Shown in pieces: positions 28,681 through 37,928 of a DNA stretch of 64,000 nucleotides. The DNA lies in contig JBDREQ010000066.1 in the NCBI GenBank assembly GCA_043819555.1, positions 72,695 to 136,694 of the forward strand, in the 5' to 3' direction. The notes beneath the pieces are model-generated. The model was not told where the DNA came from and did no database searches. It saw only the letters and a list, made by a program, of their open reading frames with translations. This DNA is from Candidatus Zixiibacteriota bacterium. Its GTDB lineage: Bacteria; Zixibacteria; MSB-5A5; GN15; JAAZOE01. Made by a program: the position numbers and the translations under genes. Each line of letters begins with the position of its first letter. The stretch's first letter is position 1.

Positions 28681-28990
28681 AAACTATATTCTATTGTTAT
28701 ACAATGAGTTAACAAAACTGACAATTAATAAATCTAAATCAATCTGCCAATTGTGCATATCGTACAGCCAATATGGCGGTTCATGTTTGCCATATCGACC
28801 TGATTATGGCAGTAGTCGAACCTTTCCGTTTTAGGTGCCTGCGTGTTACATGAGATAAAGCTGGTATTAATTAAAAAGTTGGATGATTAAAAAGCGCTTG
28901 CCTCCTGAACGCAAATCAATATATTTGAACGAATAAACGGGAAGCGAATGAGCTATATTTCAAAAATCGCTCCAACTAAAGAGGTGATAT

Positions 28991-29890
28991 TTGGCGTTTC
29001 AAAATATCTATATTATCGGAGCCGGTGTTATGGGTTGCGGGATTGCCGAAACCATAGCGTCAACCGGCACAGAAGTATATTTGATTGATAAAACTACTCG
29101 CCTCGCTGAAAAAGGCGTTAAAACAATTGAAGAAAACATAAATCGTGAAATTGAAAAATGGGGATTAACTGAATCGGACAAGAGAGCAATCCTTTCCCGC
29201 ATTCGTCCGTCCTCAGATTTGGATCTGGCCAGTGAGGCCGAGATGATCATTGAAGCCATTCCTGATAGATTAGAACCAAAAAGAAAACTTTTTAAGGAAT
29301 TAGATCAGCTTTCCAAACCTGAAGCGATATTTGTAACCAACACATCAACCCTGTCAATATCAGAAATCGCATCAGCGACTCAGCGACCGGATAAAATAAT
29401 CGGGATGCACTTTCTAAATCCGGTTACCAAAATTCAGATTGTCGAAGTAGTCAGGGGGTTAAAAACATCTGACGCAACTTATAATTATATCCGGAAATTC
29501 GCTGAATTGATAAATAAGAAGCCGATTTTGGTGCATGAATATCCCGGTTATGTAACTACTCGAGTAATTGTCCCGCTCCTTAATGAAGCCATGCACGTTT
29601 TGATGGAAGGCATCTCCACCGCCGACGATATCGACGAAGCCATGAAACTCGGGTTTGGTTTTAATGTCGGTCCCTTGGCGTTGGCCGACATGATGGGTCT
29701 TGATGAAGTCATGGCCTGGATGGAAAATCTCATAGCCGAATTGTCCGAACATAAATATAACCCCTGCCCATTATTGCGAAAAATGGTTCGCGCAGGTCAC
29801 TTGGGAATTAAAACCGGTGAAGGTTTTTTTAAATATGACAGCGATGGTCATCGTATTCGTGAGGATGAGACGGGAGGAAACGCCGCATGA
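28991..29890 (+). CDS. hbd: 3-hydroxybutyryl-CoA dehydrogenase
   Basis: IIGAGVMGCGIA, IIEAI.D, TNTSTLS, GMHFLNP, GPLALAD, GHLGIKTGEGFF. Confidence 0.9.
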   Translation: MAFQNIYIIGAGVMGCGIAETIASTGTEVYLIDKTTRLAEKGVKTIEENINREIEKWGLTESDKRAILSRIRPSSDLDLASEAEMIIEAIPDRLEPKRKLFKELDQLSKPEAIFVTNTSTLSISEIASATQRPDKIIGMHFLNPVTKIQIVEVVRGLKTSDATYNYIRKFAELINKKPILVHEYPGYVTTRVIVPLLNEAMHVLMEGISTADDIDEAMKLGFGFNVGPLALADMMGLDEVMAWMENLIAELSEHKYNPCPLLRKMVRAGHLGIKTGEGFFKYDSDGHRIREDETGGNAA

Positions 29891-31089
29891 TGATTCTGGT
29901 TCTCAATTGCGGATCGTCGTCTGTGAAATATCAGCTTATCGATATGGACAAAGAACTTGCCCTGGCCAGGGGTTCGGTCGATCGAATAGGCATGTCTGCT
30001 TCGGTTTTGACTCATATTCCCCACGATCGCCCGCCACGAAAAGTTTCGAGGGAAATACTCGATCACATCCAGGCCATTGATCAAGTAATCAGTATGCTCC
30101 TGTCTGAAAAATACGGTGTAATCTCTGATAAGAGCGAAATTAATGCCGTTGGTCATCGGGTGGTTCATGGCGGCGAAAGTTTTACCGAACCGGTTCTCGT
30201 TACCCCTGAACTCATGGGAGAAATTAGAAATCTTATTGATTTAGCCCCTCTGCATAATCCGCATAATATCCGCGGTATCAGCGCGGCCAGGAAAAACCTT
30301 CCGAATATCCCCCAGATCGCCGTTTTTGATACGGCTTTCCATCACCGCATTCCGCCTCATGCTCATATATATGGTATTCCTTATCAGCTTTATAAGAAGT
30401 ATGCCATACGAAGATATGGTTTCCATGGACCATCGCATCAGTTTGTTTCAGAAATGGCCGCGGGAAAATTAGGCCGACCGATTGAAGAACTTAAAATGAT
30501 AACTTGCCATCTCGGGAATGGAGCCTCGATGAGTGCCGTTAACGGCGGCGTTTCAATTGATACGACCATGGGCTTCACGCCCCTGGAAGGTCTTCTGATG
30601 GGAACCCGCTCCGGCGATGCCGATCCGGCTATAATATTGCATATCATGGCTCGGGAAGAATTGAATCTGCATGAAGCCAATACGCTTTTGAATAAACACT
30701 CCGGCCTTATTGGCATTTCAGGTTTATCATCCGATGTTCGCGAGATTCAGGAAGCCGCCGAACAGGGCCACCCCAATGCAAGGCTCGCTCTGGAAGCTTA
30801 TTGCTATCGAATTAAAAAATATATTGGGGCATATGCCGCGGTCATGGGAGGATTGGATGTGATCGTATTTACTGGAGGCGTTGGCCAAAATTCTTCGGTC
30901 GTTCGAAACAAATGCATGTCGAATTTGGAATTTCTTGGTTTGAGAATTGATGAAGGGAAAAATACTTCTTATAATGAAGGCATCGGTGATATTTCCGCAG
31001 AAGATTCAAAAGTAAAAACCCTGGTTGTCCCTACCAATGAGGAACTGGTGATTGCGCGGGAAACAATGCGGATTGTGAATAAAGGTTGA
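29887..31089 (+). CDS. ackA: Acetate kinase
   Basis: LVLNCGSSSVK, GHRVVHGG, APLHNP, VFDTAFH, RRYGFHG, HLGNG, TMGFTPLEG, PTNEEL. Confidence 0.97.
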   Translation: MMILVLNCGSSSVKYQLIDMDKELALARGSVDRIGMSASVLTHIPHDRPPRKVSREILDHIQAIDQVISMLLSEKYGVISDKSEINAVGHRVVHGGESFTEPVLVTPELMGEIRNLIDLAPLHNPHNIRGISAARKNLPNIPQIAVFDTAFHHRIPPHAHIYGIPYQLYKKYAIRRYGFHGPSHQFVSEMAAGKLGRPIEELKMITCHLGNGASMSAVNGGVSIDTTMGFTPLEGLLMGTRSGDADPAIILHIMAREELNLHEANTLLNKHSGLIGISGLSSDVREIQEAAEQGHPNARLALEAYCYRIKKYIGAYAAVMGGLDVIVFTGGVGQNSSVVRNKCMSNLEFLGLRIDEGKNTSYNEGIGDISAEDSKVKTLVVPTNEELVIARETMRIVNKG

Positions 31090-31114
31090 GTTGTTGTGAA
31101 AATTACTGTATAAA
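31086..31114 (+). promoter_or_regulatory. Putative sigma70 promoter of nfnAB
   Basis: TTGAGT-N17-TATAAA. Confidence 0.45.
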
Positions 31115-31229
31115 GTAAGTATGAAATAAGTCATCGGGTTACTCGCCTTGCCGGAGCCAAACATCTTGAAGCCTCGCAGCATGCGAACGGTGACTACATA
31201 ACTGTGAAATATGAGAGGTAGAATATAAG

Positions 31230-32087
31230 GTGTTCAAAATTCTGGAGAAAGAAGAACTGTGCCCTCAAATATGCCGCTTCCGCATCGAAGCGCCAAAGCT
31301 GGTTTCCAAGGCCAAAGCAGGGCAGTTTGTAATCCTGCGTAAGGATGAACATGGAGAACGGGTTCCAATGTCCATCGGCGGCCTCGATAAAGAAAACGGA
31401 ATCCTGACTATTGTCATTCAGGAAGTCGGCAAAACATCGGCGGCGATGAACCGGATGAAAGCGGGTGATTATTTCTGTGATGTTGTCGGTCCTTTGGGAT
31501 TGCCCAGTCATGCCGAAAAATTCGGGCGTTGTGTCTGTATCGGCGGCGGAGTCGGTATCCCTCCGATTTATCCCATTGCCCAGGCACTTAGAGATGCCGG
31601 CAATAGGGTTGAAACCATTATCGGCGCCCGGACTAAAGATTTGCTGATATTTCAGGAAGAGCTCGAAGGCCCATCGGAAAAGCTCCATATCGCTACCGAC
31701 GACGGTTCGTTCGGTACGCATGGATTTGTGACGACTGTGCTGGAGCAATTGATGAAAGATGGCACGCCGATTGATTTTATCATTGCCATTGGTCCCGTCC
31801 CGATGATGCGGGCCGTTGCGGAAGCAACCCGCGAAGCAAAGATTAATACCTGGGTGAGCCTCAATCCGATCATGGTTGACGGAACCGGAATGTGCGGGGC
31901 CTGCCGTGTCACCGTCGGAGGAAAAACCAAATTCGCCTGCGTCGATGGACCGGATTTTAATGCCCACGAGGTTGACTTTGATGAAATGACCAGCCGCCTG
32001 AAAATGTATCATAAACAGGAAAAAGTAGCTTATGATTTGTTTTTGGAACACCAGGGAAAATGTCTCACCCGGGAATCGGAATCGTAA
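31230..32087 (+). CDS. nfnA: Electron-bifurcating transhydrogenase small subunit NfnA (SudB-like, FAD/2Fe-2S)
   Basis: AGQFVILR, GERVPM, GPLG, GGGVG, IGPVPMM, NPIMVDGTGMCGACRV, ACVDGPDF. Confidence 0.9.
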   Translation: MFKILEKEELCPQICRFRIEAPKLVSKAKAGQFVILRKDEHGERVPMSIGGLDKENGILTIVIQEVGKTSAAMNRMKAGDYFCDVVGPLGLPSHAEKFGRCVCIGGGVGIPPIYPIAQALRDAGNRVETIIGARTKDLLIFQEELEGPSEKLHIATDDGSFGTHGFVTTVLEQLMKDGTPIDFIIAIGPVPMMRAVAEATREAKINTWVSLNPIMVDGTGMCGACRVTVGGKTKFACVDGPDFNAHEVDFDEMTSRLKMYHKQEKVAYDLFLEHQGKCLTRESES

Positions 32088-32099
32088 GGAGTAATCGTT

Positions 32100-33602
32100 G
32101 TGGCTGAAAGAAAAAAACTGACCAATAAAGAACGGATGAAAATCCAGCGGGTTGCCATGCCCGAGCAAAAGCCGGATGAGCGAGTTACAAATTTCAATGA
32201 AGTTCCTTTCGGTTTGACTCCCGAGCAGGCCATGCAGGAAGCTGAACGCTGCCTGTTCTGCAAAAAGCCCAAATGCATCACCGGCTGTCCGGTCGAAGTG
32301 AAAATCCCGGAGTTTATCGGACTGGTTGCCGAAGGTAAATTCTCCGAAGCGGCTCGCAAGATAAAAGAAACCAACGCTCTCCCCGCTATCTGCGGCCGCG
32401 TCTGCCCGCAGGATGAACAGTGTGAGGCGGTTTGCATTCTAACCAAGAAGCATACATCAGTCGGCGTTGGTATGCTTGAACGATTTGTCGCCGACTGGGA
32501 GCGCGAACACAATGAAATAGTAATTCCCGAATGCGCCCCGCCAACCGGCAAAAGAGCGGCTATCGTCGGAGCCGGCCCAGCCGGTTTGACCGTTGCGGCT
32601 GATTTGGCGTTAATGGGCCACAAAGTCACAATCTTTGAAGCCCTCCACAAACCGGGCGGAGTACTCATATACGGCATTCCCGAATTTCGTCTGCCAAAAT
32701 CAATCGTCGCCAAGGAAGTGAATTATCTTGAACAGCTCGGCGTCGAAGTTAAGACCAGTTACGTCGTCGGCAAGCTCGATACGATTGATGAACTGTTGAC
32801 TGAAGAGGGTTTTGATTCCATCTTTATCGGAACCGGAGCCGGACTTCCCAACTTCATGCGCATCCCCGGTGAAAACCTCAAAGGTGTTTATTCGGCCAAT
32901 GAATACCTGACCCGTTCCAATCTTATGCGCGGTTATGCCTTCCCGGATTACGACACTCCCATATTCTCCGGCAAGAACGTCGCCGTTCTCGGTGGCGGTA
33001 ATACCGCTATGGATTCGGTCCGAACCGCTAAACGCCTCGGCGCGGATAATGCCTATATCGTCTATCGCCGAAGCGAAACCGAAATGCCGGCCCGTACCGA
33101 AGAGATTCATCATGCTAAACAAGAGGGTATCGAATTCCAGCTTCTGACCAATCCGGTCAAGTATATCGGCGACGAAGACGGCTGGATAACGCATATGGAA
33201 TGCGTCAAAATGGAGCTGGGCGAACCAGATTCATCCGGCCGCCGCCGTCCTATTGTTATTGAAGGCTCAAACTATCTGATTCCGGTCGATACTGTAGTGG
33301 TCGCCATCGGTAATTCTTCCAATCCTCTTATTCCGCAAACCACCCCTGGCCTCGACACCAATCGTTGGGGTAACATCACCGTTGATGAACGAACGATGAT
33401 GTCATCCCGTCCGGGTGTTTTTGCCGGAGGCGACATCGTTACCGGCGGTGCGACGGTTATTCTCGCGGCCGGAGCCGGTAAAGTTGCCGCGCGAGCCATG
33501 CACCGCTTCATGCTGGGTCTGCCCCTCGTTGATGAACCACCGGCAGAAGAAAAAGGCGAAGAAACCGGCGATACAAAACCCAAAGCCGAGAAAAAGGCGT
33601 AA
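32100..33602 (+). CDS. nfnB: Electron-bifurcating transhydrogenase large subunit NfnB (SudA/GltD-like)
   Basis: EAERCLFC...CITGCPV, CGRVCPQDEQCE, GAGPAG, YGIPEFRLP, GGGNTAMD, GGDIVTGGATV; paired with nfnA and no gltB nearby. Confidence 0.9.
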   Translation: MAERKKLTNKERMKIQRVAMPEQKPDERVTNFNEVPFGLTPEQAMQEAERCLFCKKPKCITGCPVEVKIPEFIGLVAEGKFSEAARKIKETNALPAICGRVCPQDEQCEAVCILTKKHTSVGVGMLERFVADWEREHNEIVIPECAPPTGKRAAIVGAGPAGLTVAADLALMGHKVTIFEALHKPGGVLIYGIPEFRLPKSIVAKEVNYLEQLGVEVKTSYVVGKLDTIDELLTEEGFDSIFIGTGAGLPNFMRIPGENLKGVYSANEYLTRSNLMRGYAFPDYDTPIFSGKNVAVLGGGNTAMDSVRTAKRLGADNAYIVYRRSETEMPARTEEIHHAKQEGIEFQLLTNPVKYIGDEDGWITHMECVKMELGEPDSSGRRRPIVIEGSNYLIPVDTVVVAIGNSSNPLIPQTTPGLDTNRWGNITVDERTMMSSRPGVFAGGDIVTGGATVILAAGAGKVAARAMHRFMLGLPLVDEPPAEEKGEETGDTKPKAEKKA

Positions 33603-33623
33603 AGAATAATTTTGATTTTCGTG

Positions 33624-33656
33624 GGGGACGGGTAAAAAACCCTGTTCCCTTTTTTT
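33624..33656 (+). terminator. Intrinsic terminator after nfnB
   Basis: GGGGACGGG...CCCTGTTCCC followed by T7. Confidence 0.65.
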
Positions 33657-33689
33657 ATCTCCAAAAATATAAGAAGATTTGCGACAGCC

Positions 33690-33850
33690 AAAACCAGGCT
33701 TTCGCTTGTTCCCCAACCAGGCTTTCGCCTGTCTTGAGAGGGGTGCCCCGTAGGGGTGGGGTGTGTTAAATTGTGTAGCGACAACCCTCGATTTGTCGCT
33801 TTTTTTAAATTGGTGTTCTGTGGGGGTCGCTCGCGAGCGACCCGCAAAAA
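33690..33850. repeat. Cluster of short REP-like palindromes and a 14-bp direct repeat
   Basis: AACCAGGCTTTCGC twice (33692, 33715); GTAGCGACAA...TTGTCGCT; GTGGGGGTCGCTCGCGAGCGACCCGC. Confidence 0.55.
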
Positions 33851-33860
33851 ATTCAGGGAC

Positions 33861-34041
33861 AGATCGCCATGTCGGCCCTCGGCCTCCTTGCGATGACTTG
33901 AATTAGGCTTGAATTCGTCATTGCGAGCGAACGTAGTGAGCGTGGCAATCTTTGTCTTAAAGTTATCCACAATCGCATTTGCATAATTTCTCATTAATGA
34001 ATGTTCCCGTTTGATTTACAGCGAATTGGGTTCGTTTTGTC
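33861..34041 (-). repeat. Composite ~180-bp repeat element, copy A
   Basis: Minus strand: GACAAAACGAACCCAATTCGCTGTAA, TGTGGATAA, AGATTGCCAC...CGCAATGAC, GTCATC...GGCGATC; same architecture as 37929-38111. Confidence 0.7.
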
Positions 34042-34197
34042 GTTTTTTAAATTTAACAATTGACCTCTTTTCATTAATGACAAACACTCAACCGAAATTT
34101 TAATTTATGTCATATATGCGGATGATTTCAGAAAATGAGTTGATCTGATGAGAATAATGAAAATATGCTCCCACCTATTGAGTGGAGTGTAGATTTG

Positions 34198-34656
34198 TCA
34201 GGTGGAAAGAAAATATATTATAAATGGAACAATTAGTGCCAATACGCCCAATAATTTCGCCCAATTATCCTTGAAGAAATCAATTGCCAGATGATGAAAT
34301 GGTAGAACAATAAATTCAAGGTCGGCTATTATTTTATAAATATCTTGTATCGTGCTTCCAAACGGGCCACTTACTGCATTCCAATAAACTTCATTTGGCC
34401 CAGTAGATTTTGTTTTATAACTGACTATCGTGGCAAGTAGATTCGCAAATCGTTTAACTTGTTCCTCTTTGATTAAAGGCTGCCTTTCGATATGAGCAAT
34501 AAATTCTCTTTTAAAATGCTCTATTGAATTAAAAAATATATCTTTCTCCTTTCTATACCTCTCATAATCGCTAAATCTATTCACTTGCTCCAATAAATAC
34601 TGCCTGAGTTTTTCTTTTCTATTCATAATCCCCATCTTCCCCAACTTGTACCCCAC
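34198..34656 (-). CDS. Hypothetical AT-rich protein with C-terminal TM helix
   Basis: 152-aa ORF between repeat mosaics; no family recognised. Confidence 0.55.
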   Translation of the reverse strand: MGYKLGKMGIMNRKEKLRQYLLEQVNRFSDYERYRKEKDIFFNSIEHFKREFIAHIERQPLIKEEQVKRFANLLATIVSYKTKSTGPNEVYWNAVSGPFGSTIQDIYKIIADLEFIVLPFHHLAIDFFKDNWAKLLGVLALIVPFIIYFLST

Positions 34657-34737
34657 CCATTTCGTGGCTACTATCTATTCACCCGGCTGAATTAATAATA
34701 CCCCATTTATATCCTAACGGCAAGATAAATTGATATT

Positions 34738-34828
34738 GTCATACCCGCGAAAGCGGGTATCGGATGGTTTTAATTTTCTGGATTCCCGGCTCGCTTCGCC
34801 CCAATGGGGCTTCGCTCTCGGGAATGAC
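34738..34828. repeat. GTCAT(A/T)CCCG-type paired palindromic repeat (REP/MITE-like)
   Basis: GTCATACCCGCGAAAGCGGGTATC...CTGGATTCCCG...CGGGAATGAC. Confidence 0.7.
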
Positions 34829-34874
34829 GAGTGTATAGACCTGTTATTCGGAAGGAGCCCTGCAGATTTCATCC

Positions 34875-36959
34875 TTACTGTTTCTTTTCCCGCCGTTCTT
34901 CTATGATCTCCTCTTCGATATTCTTTGGAAGCGGCAAGTAGTTCATAAACTCCATCGAGAAGCTGGCGCGGCCGCTGGACAGTGTCCGTAAAGTCGAGGC
35001 ATAACCAAACATTTCTTTTAACGGCACAGTACCATTGAGTTTTTGTGAACCTTTTCTGAAACGGCGCAGCCGTTCGATTTTACCGCGGCGCCTGTTGATA
35101 TCGGCGATGATGTCGCCCATATATTCATCGGGAGTATTGATTTCGATTTTCATGACCGGCTCAAGAAGCTGCGGCCCGGTTTTGTGAATAATCTCTCTGA
35201 GCGCCTGACCGGTACAGATTCTAAACGCCATCTCGGAGGAATCGACTTCATGATGCGAACCATCGATGAGGACGAATTTCAAATCAACCATCGGATATCC
35301 GGCCAACAAGCCATCCTCCGCGGTTTTGCGAAATCCCTTTTCGACACCGGGAATATATTCTCTGGGGATATTTCCTCCCCTAACAAGATTTATAAATTCC
35401 AAACCTTCTCCGGGATTCGGTTCGATTCGAAATTCGATGTGGGCGTACTGCCCTTTTCCACCGGTTTGCTTTTTATATTTATAATTATGACGATACTCAG
35501 ACGTAATCGTCTCGCGAAACGCGACCGCCGGTTCGCCGACTTTGACATCGACTTTGTGTTCGGTTTTTAGCCGGTCGACGATAACTTCGAGATGCAATTC
35601 ACCCATCCCGGATATAATAGTCTCCTCGGTTTCGTCATCGAAGCGAGCCGTAAACGATGGATCTTCCAGCGAAATTTTACCCAGAGCCATACCAAGCTTA
35701 TCCCGATTTTTCTTATCATCCGGCTCGATTCGCAAATCAAGAACCGTTTCGGGATAGTGTATTTTTTCAAGAAGAATCGGGTTTTCCTCATCGCACAGCG
35801 TATCGCCAGTTGTAGTTGACTTCAGTCCAATTAACGCCGCGATATCTCCGGCCTTAATTCCCATCAACTCTTTACGATCGCCGGCGTGAATGCGCATAAT
35901 TCTCGCGACCCGTTCGCGTTTTCCTCGAGTCGAATTATAAACATAGCTGCCAGCCTTCAACTCGCCCGAGTATACCCTGATAAATGTCTGCTGCCCGACG
36001 TAAGCGTCGTTAATAATTTTAAATGCCAAAGCCGAAAACGGTCCGTTGGCCGATGGACGGCGCGTTAATGTCGTATCCGGTTCGTCAATATCAATCCCCC
36101 TGACGATCCCTCTGTCAATCGGCGACGGCAAATAATTCACGACAGCGTCAAGCAAGAGCTGAATGCCTTTGTTCTTGAAAGCCGAACCGCAAAAAACGGG
36201 TGTAATAAAATTGCCCAGAACGGCGGCGCGCCCGGCGCGCATTATATCATCTGTCGATACATCCTGTTCGTTGAGATATTTTTCCATTACATTATCATCA
36301 TAATCGGCTAGAGTCGCAATCATGCTGTCATGCAGTTCTTGAGCTCGGGGCAGCAAATCATCCGGGATATCTTTCTCGACCCTTTGCAAACGGTCGTAAA
36401 AAGTGGCTCTCATTTTTACCAGATCAATAATGCCTTCAAATTTATCTTCTTCCCCGATCGGCATCTGGAAGGCGACGGCATGGGCTCCCAACATCTCATT
36501 CATGAGTTCAATAGTATGAAACATATTCGCTCCGGCACGATCCATCTTGTTGATAAAAGCAATCCGAGGAACCTTATATCGGTCAGCCTGATGCCAGACA
36601 GTTTCGCTCTGAGGCTCAACGCCGCCGACGGCGCAGAAGACCATGACGATTCCGTCGAGAACCCTCAAAGAGCGTTCGACTTCGAGAGTAAAATCGATAT
36701 GTCCGGGCGTATCAATAATATTGATTTTATGATCATTCCAGTCGGCAGTTATCGCGGCGGATGAAATCGTAATGCCCCGTTCCTGTTCCTGCTTCATAAA
36801 ATCCATGACCGCCTCGCCGTTGTGCACCTCGCCCAGCTTATGAATCATCCCGGTAAAAAAGAGGATGCGCTCGGTCGTTGTCGATTTCCCGGCGTCAATA
36901 TGCGCAACGATTCCGATATTTCTAATCTTCTGTATAGTAGCCTGATCCATTATTTTCAA
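34875..36959 (-). CDS. fusA: Elongation factor G, stand-alone copy
   Basis: AHIDAGKSTT, EQERGITI, DTPGH, NKMD, GMGELHLE, KKQTGGKGQ, DSSEMAF; no rpsL, rpsG or tuf adjacent. Confidence 0.95.
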   Translation of the reverse strand: MKIMDQATIQKIRNIGIVAHIDAGKSTTTERILFFTGMIHKLGEVHNGEAVMDFMKQEQERGITISSAAITADWNDHKINIIDTPGHIDFTLEVERSLRVLDGIVMVFCAVGGVEPQSETVWHQADRYKVPRIAFINKMDRAGANMFHTIELMNEMLGAHAVAFQMPIGEEDKFEGIIDLVKMRATFYDRLQRVEKDIPDDLLPRAQELHDSMIATLADYDDNVMEKYLNEQDVSTDDIMRAGRAAVLGNFITPVFCGSAFKNKGIQLLLDAVVNYLPSPIDRGIVRGIDIDEPDTTLTRRPSANGPFSALAFKIINDAYVGQQTFIRVYSGELKAGSYVYNSTRGKRERVARIMRIHAGDRKELMGIKAGDIAALIGLKSTTTGDTLCDEENPILLEKIHYPETVLDLRIEPDDKKNRDKLGMALGKISLEDPSFTARFDDETEETIISGMGELHLEVIVDRLKTEHKVDVKVGEPAVAFRETITSEYRHNYKYKKQTGGKGQYAHIEFRIEPNPGEGLEFINLVRGGNIPREYIPGVEKGFRKTAEDGLLAGYPMVDLKFVLIDGSHHEVDSSEMAFRICTGQALREIIHKTGPQLLEPVMKIEINTPDEYMGDIIADINRRRGKIERLRRFRKGSQKLNGTVPLKEMFGYASTLRTLSSGRASFSMEFMNYLPLPKNIEEEIIEERREKKQ

Positions 36960-37189
36960 TTCCTAAAATACTTTCCGGTAATTAATTACCTAGTAAGGAG
37001 ACCGGCGAAGATAACCTTTTTTTGAGATTCGTCAAGCCTTATTTATCTGTCAGAGATGTATCTTCTGATATTGTTGAATAATTGACCGGAAATCAATCCT
37101 GATAACCTTATTTACTTAAGGAGTAACGGGTAATTGACCAATTTGTTCCGGGGGAATTCTTCAACAACAAGTCCGTTGGCCTCTAACAA

Positions 37190-37294
37190 TTACACCGTCA
37201 TCCAAGATACTACAAATATCACCGCAATAAATAAGAGGATAAGAACAATTAAGAGTGAAATTACTAATGCGTAGGTCAGAGACCGGTGGCCCAT
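37190..37294 (-). CDS. Small hydrophobic single-TM peptide (34 aa)
   Basis: Manually translated MGHRSLTYALVISLLIVLILLFIAVIFVVSWMTV; GGGA just upstream of the ATG. Confidence 0.45.
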   Translation of the reverse strand: MGHRSLTYALVISLLIVLILLFIAVIFVVSWMTV

Positions 37295-37649
37295 TGTTCC
37301 CGTGAAACGGGAACGGTGGGTTCCCGCTTTTTTGCCTATGCATCAACTCCATCAATCTCCAACGGCACCTTGCCCAGGATTCCGCAATCATATTTAATAA
37401 TAGAGTAATTGTACGATAATTGCAACAAATTTGGGAATTACTTACGGGCAGACGAGGACGTCTGCCGCGCACAAAACATAATTATAAGTGAATAGTGGCT
37501 CACTGCCCCGTGTCAGCGGAACCGTTCGTTCCCGTATAGAGCATATGCAAATATTCAATCAATCCACTGCATTTTCCGAAATCTTGCCAATAAGTAAGAT
37601 ATAACATATCGCGAGCAAACAATTATCTGTAGGGGCGCGGTTTTTCGCT

Positions 37650-37734
37650 GTCATTCCCGAGAGTCCCGCGAAGCGAGGACGAGTCGGGAATCCAGAGAAA
37701 TTCAAACACTTCTGGATTCGTCCGCGAGTATGAC
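37650..37734. repeat. GTCATTCCCG-type paired palindromic repeat, second copy
   Basis: GTCATTCCCGA...TCGGGAATCCAG...CTGGATTC...GAGTATGAC; same ends as 34738-34828. Confidence 0.65.
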
Positions 37735-37928
37735 AAGAAAAAAACAGGCCCTGCCTGTTCGTATTCACCATCAAGTTGATATGACCAAAAACGTTAATCT
37801 GAGGAAACAAACCCATTTTCATTTCAATCAATCCTGTAGGCCGGGTTCCGAACGAAGTGAGAAACCCGACAATTTGAGTCCACACCCATTCGTAATCAAC
37901 ACCGAAATAATAACGAATAACCAAAAAA

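Noticed and set aside
31094..31111. Rex site upstream of nfnAB
   Set aside because: Only the left half (TTGTGAA) matches; the right half does not, so it is not called.
32100..33602. Glutamate synthase small subunit (gltD) annotation
   Set aside because: No gltB adjacent, and it is paired with an NfnA-type gene, which indicates NfnAB.
31194..33994. Long minus-strand ORFs (324, 227, 164 and 240 aa)
   Set aside because: Antisense to nfnAB, with no recognisable motifs.
33690..34041. CRISPR array or integron attC array in the repeat-rich gaps
   Set aside because: No identical repeats with regular unique spacers, no clear attC core sites, and no cas or integrase gene.
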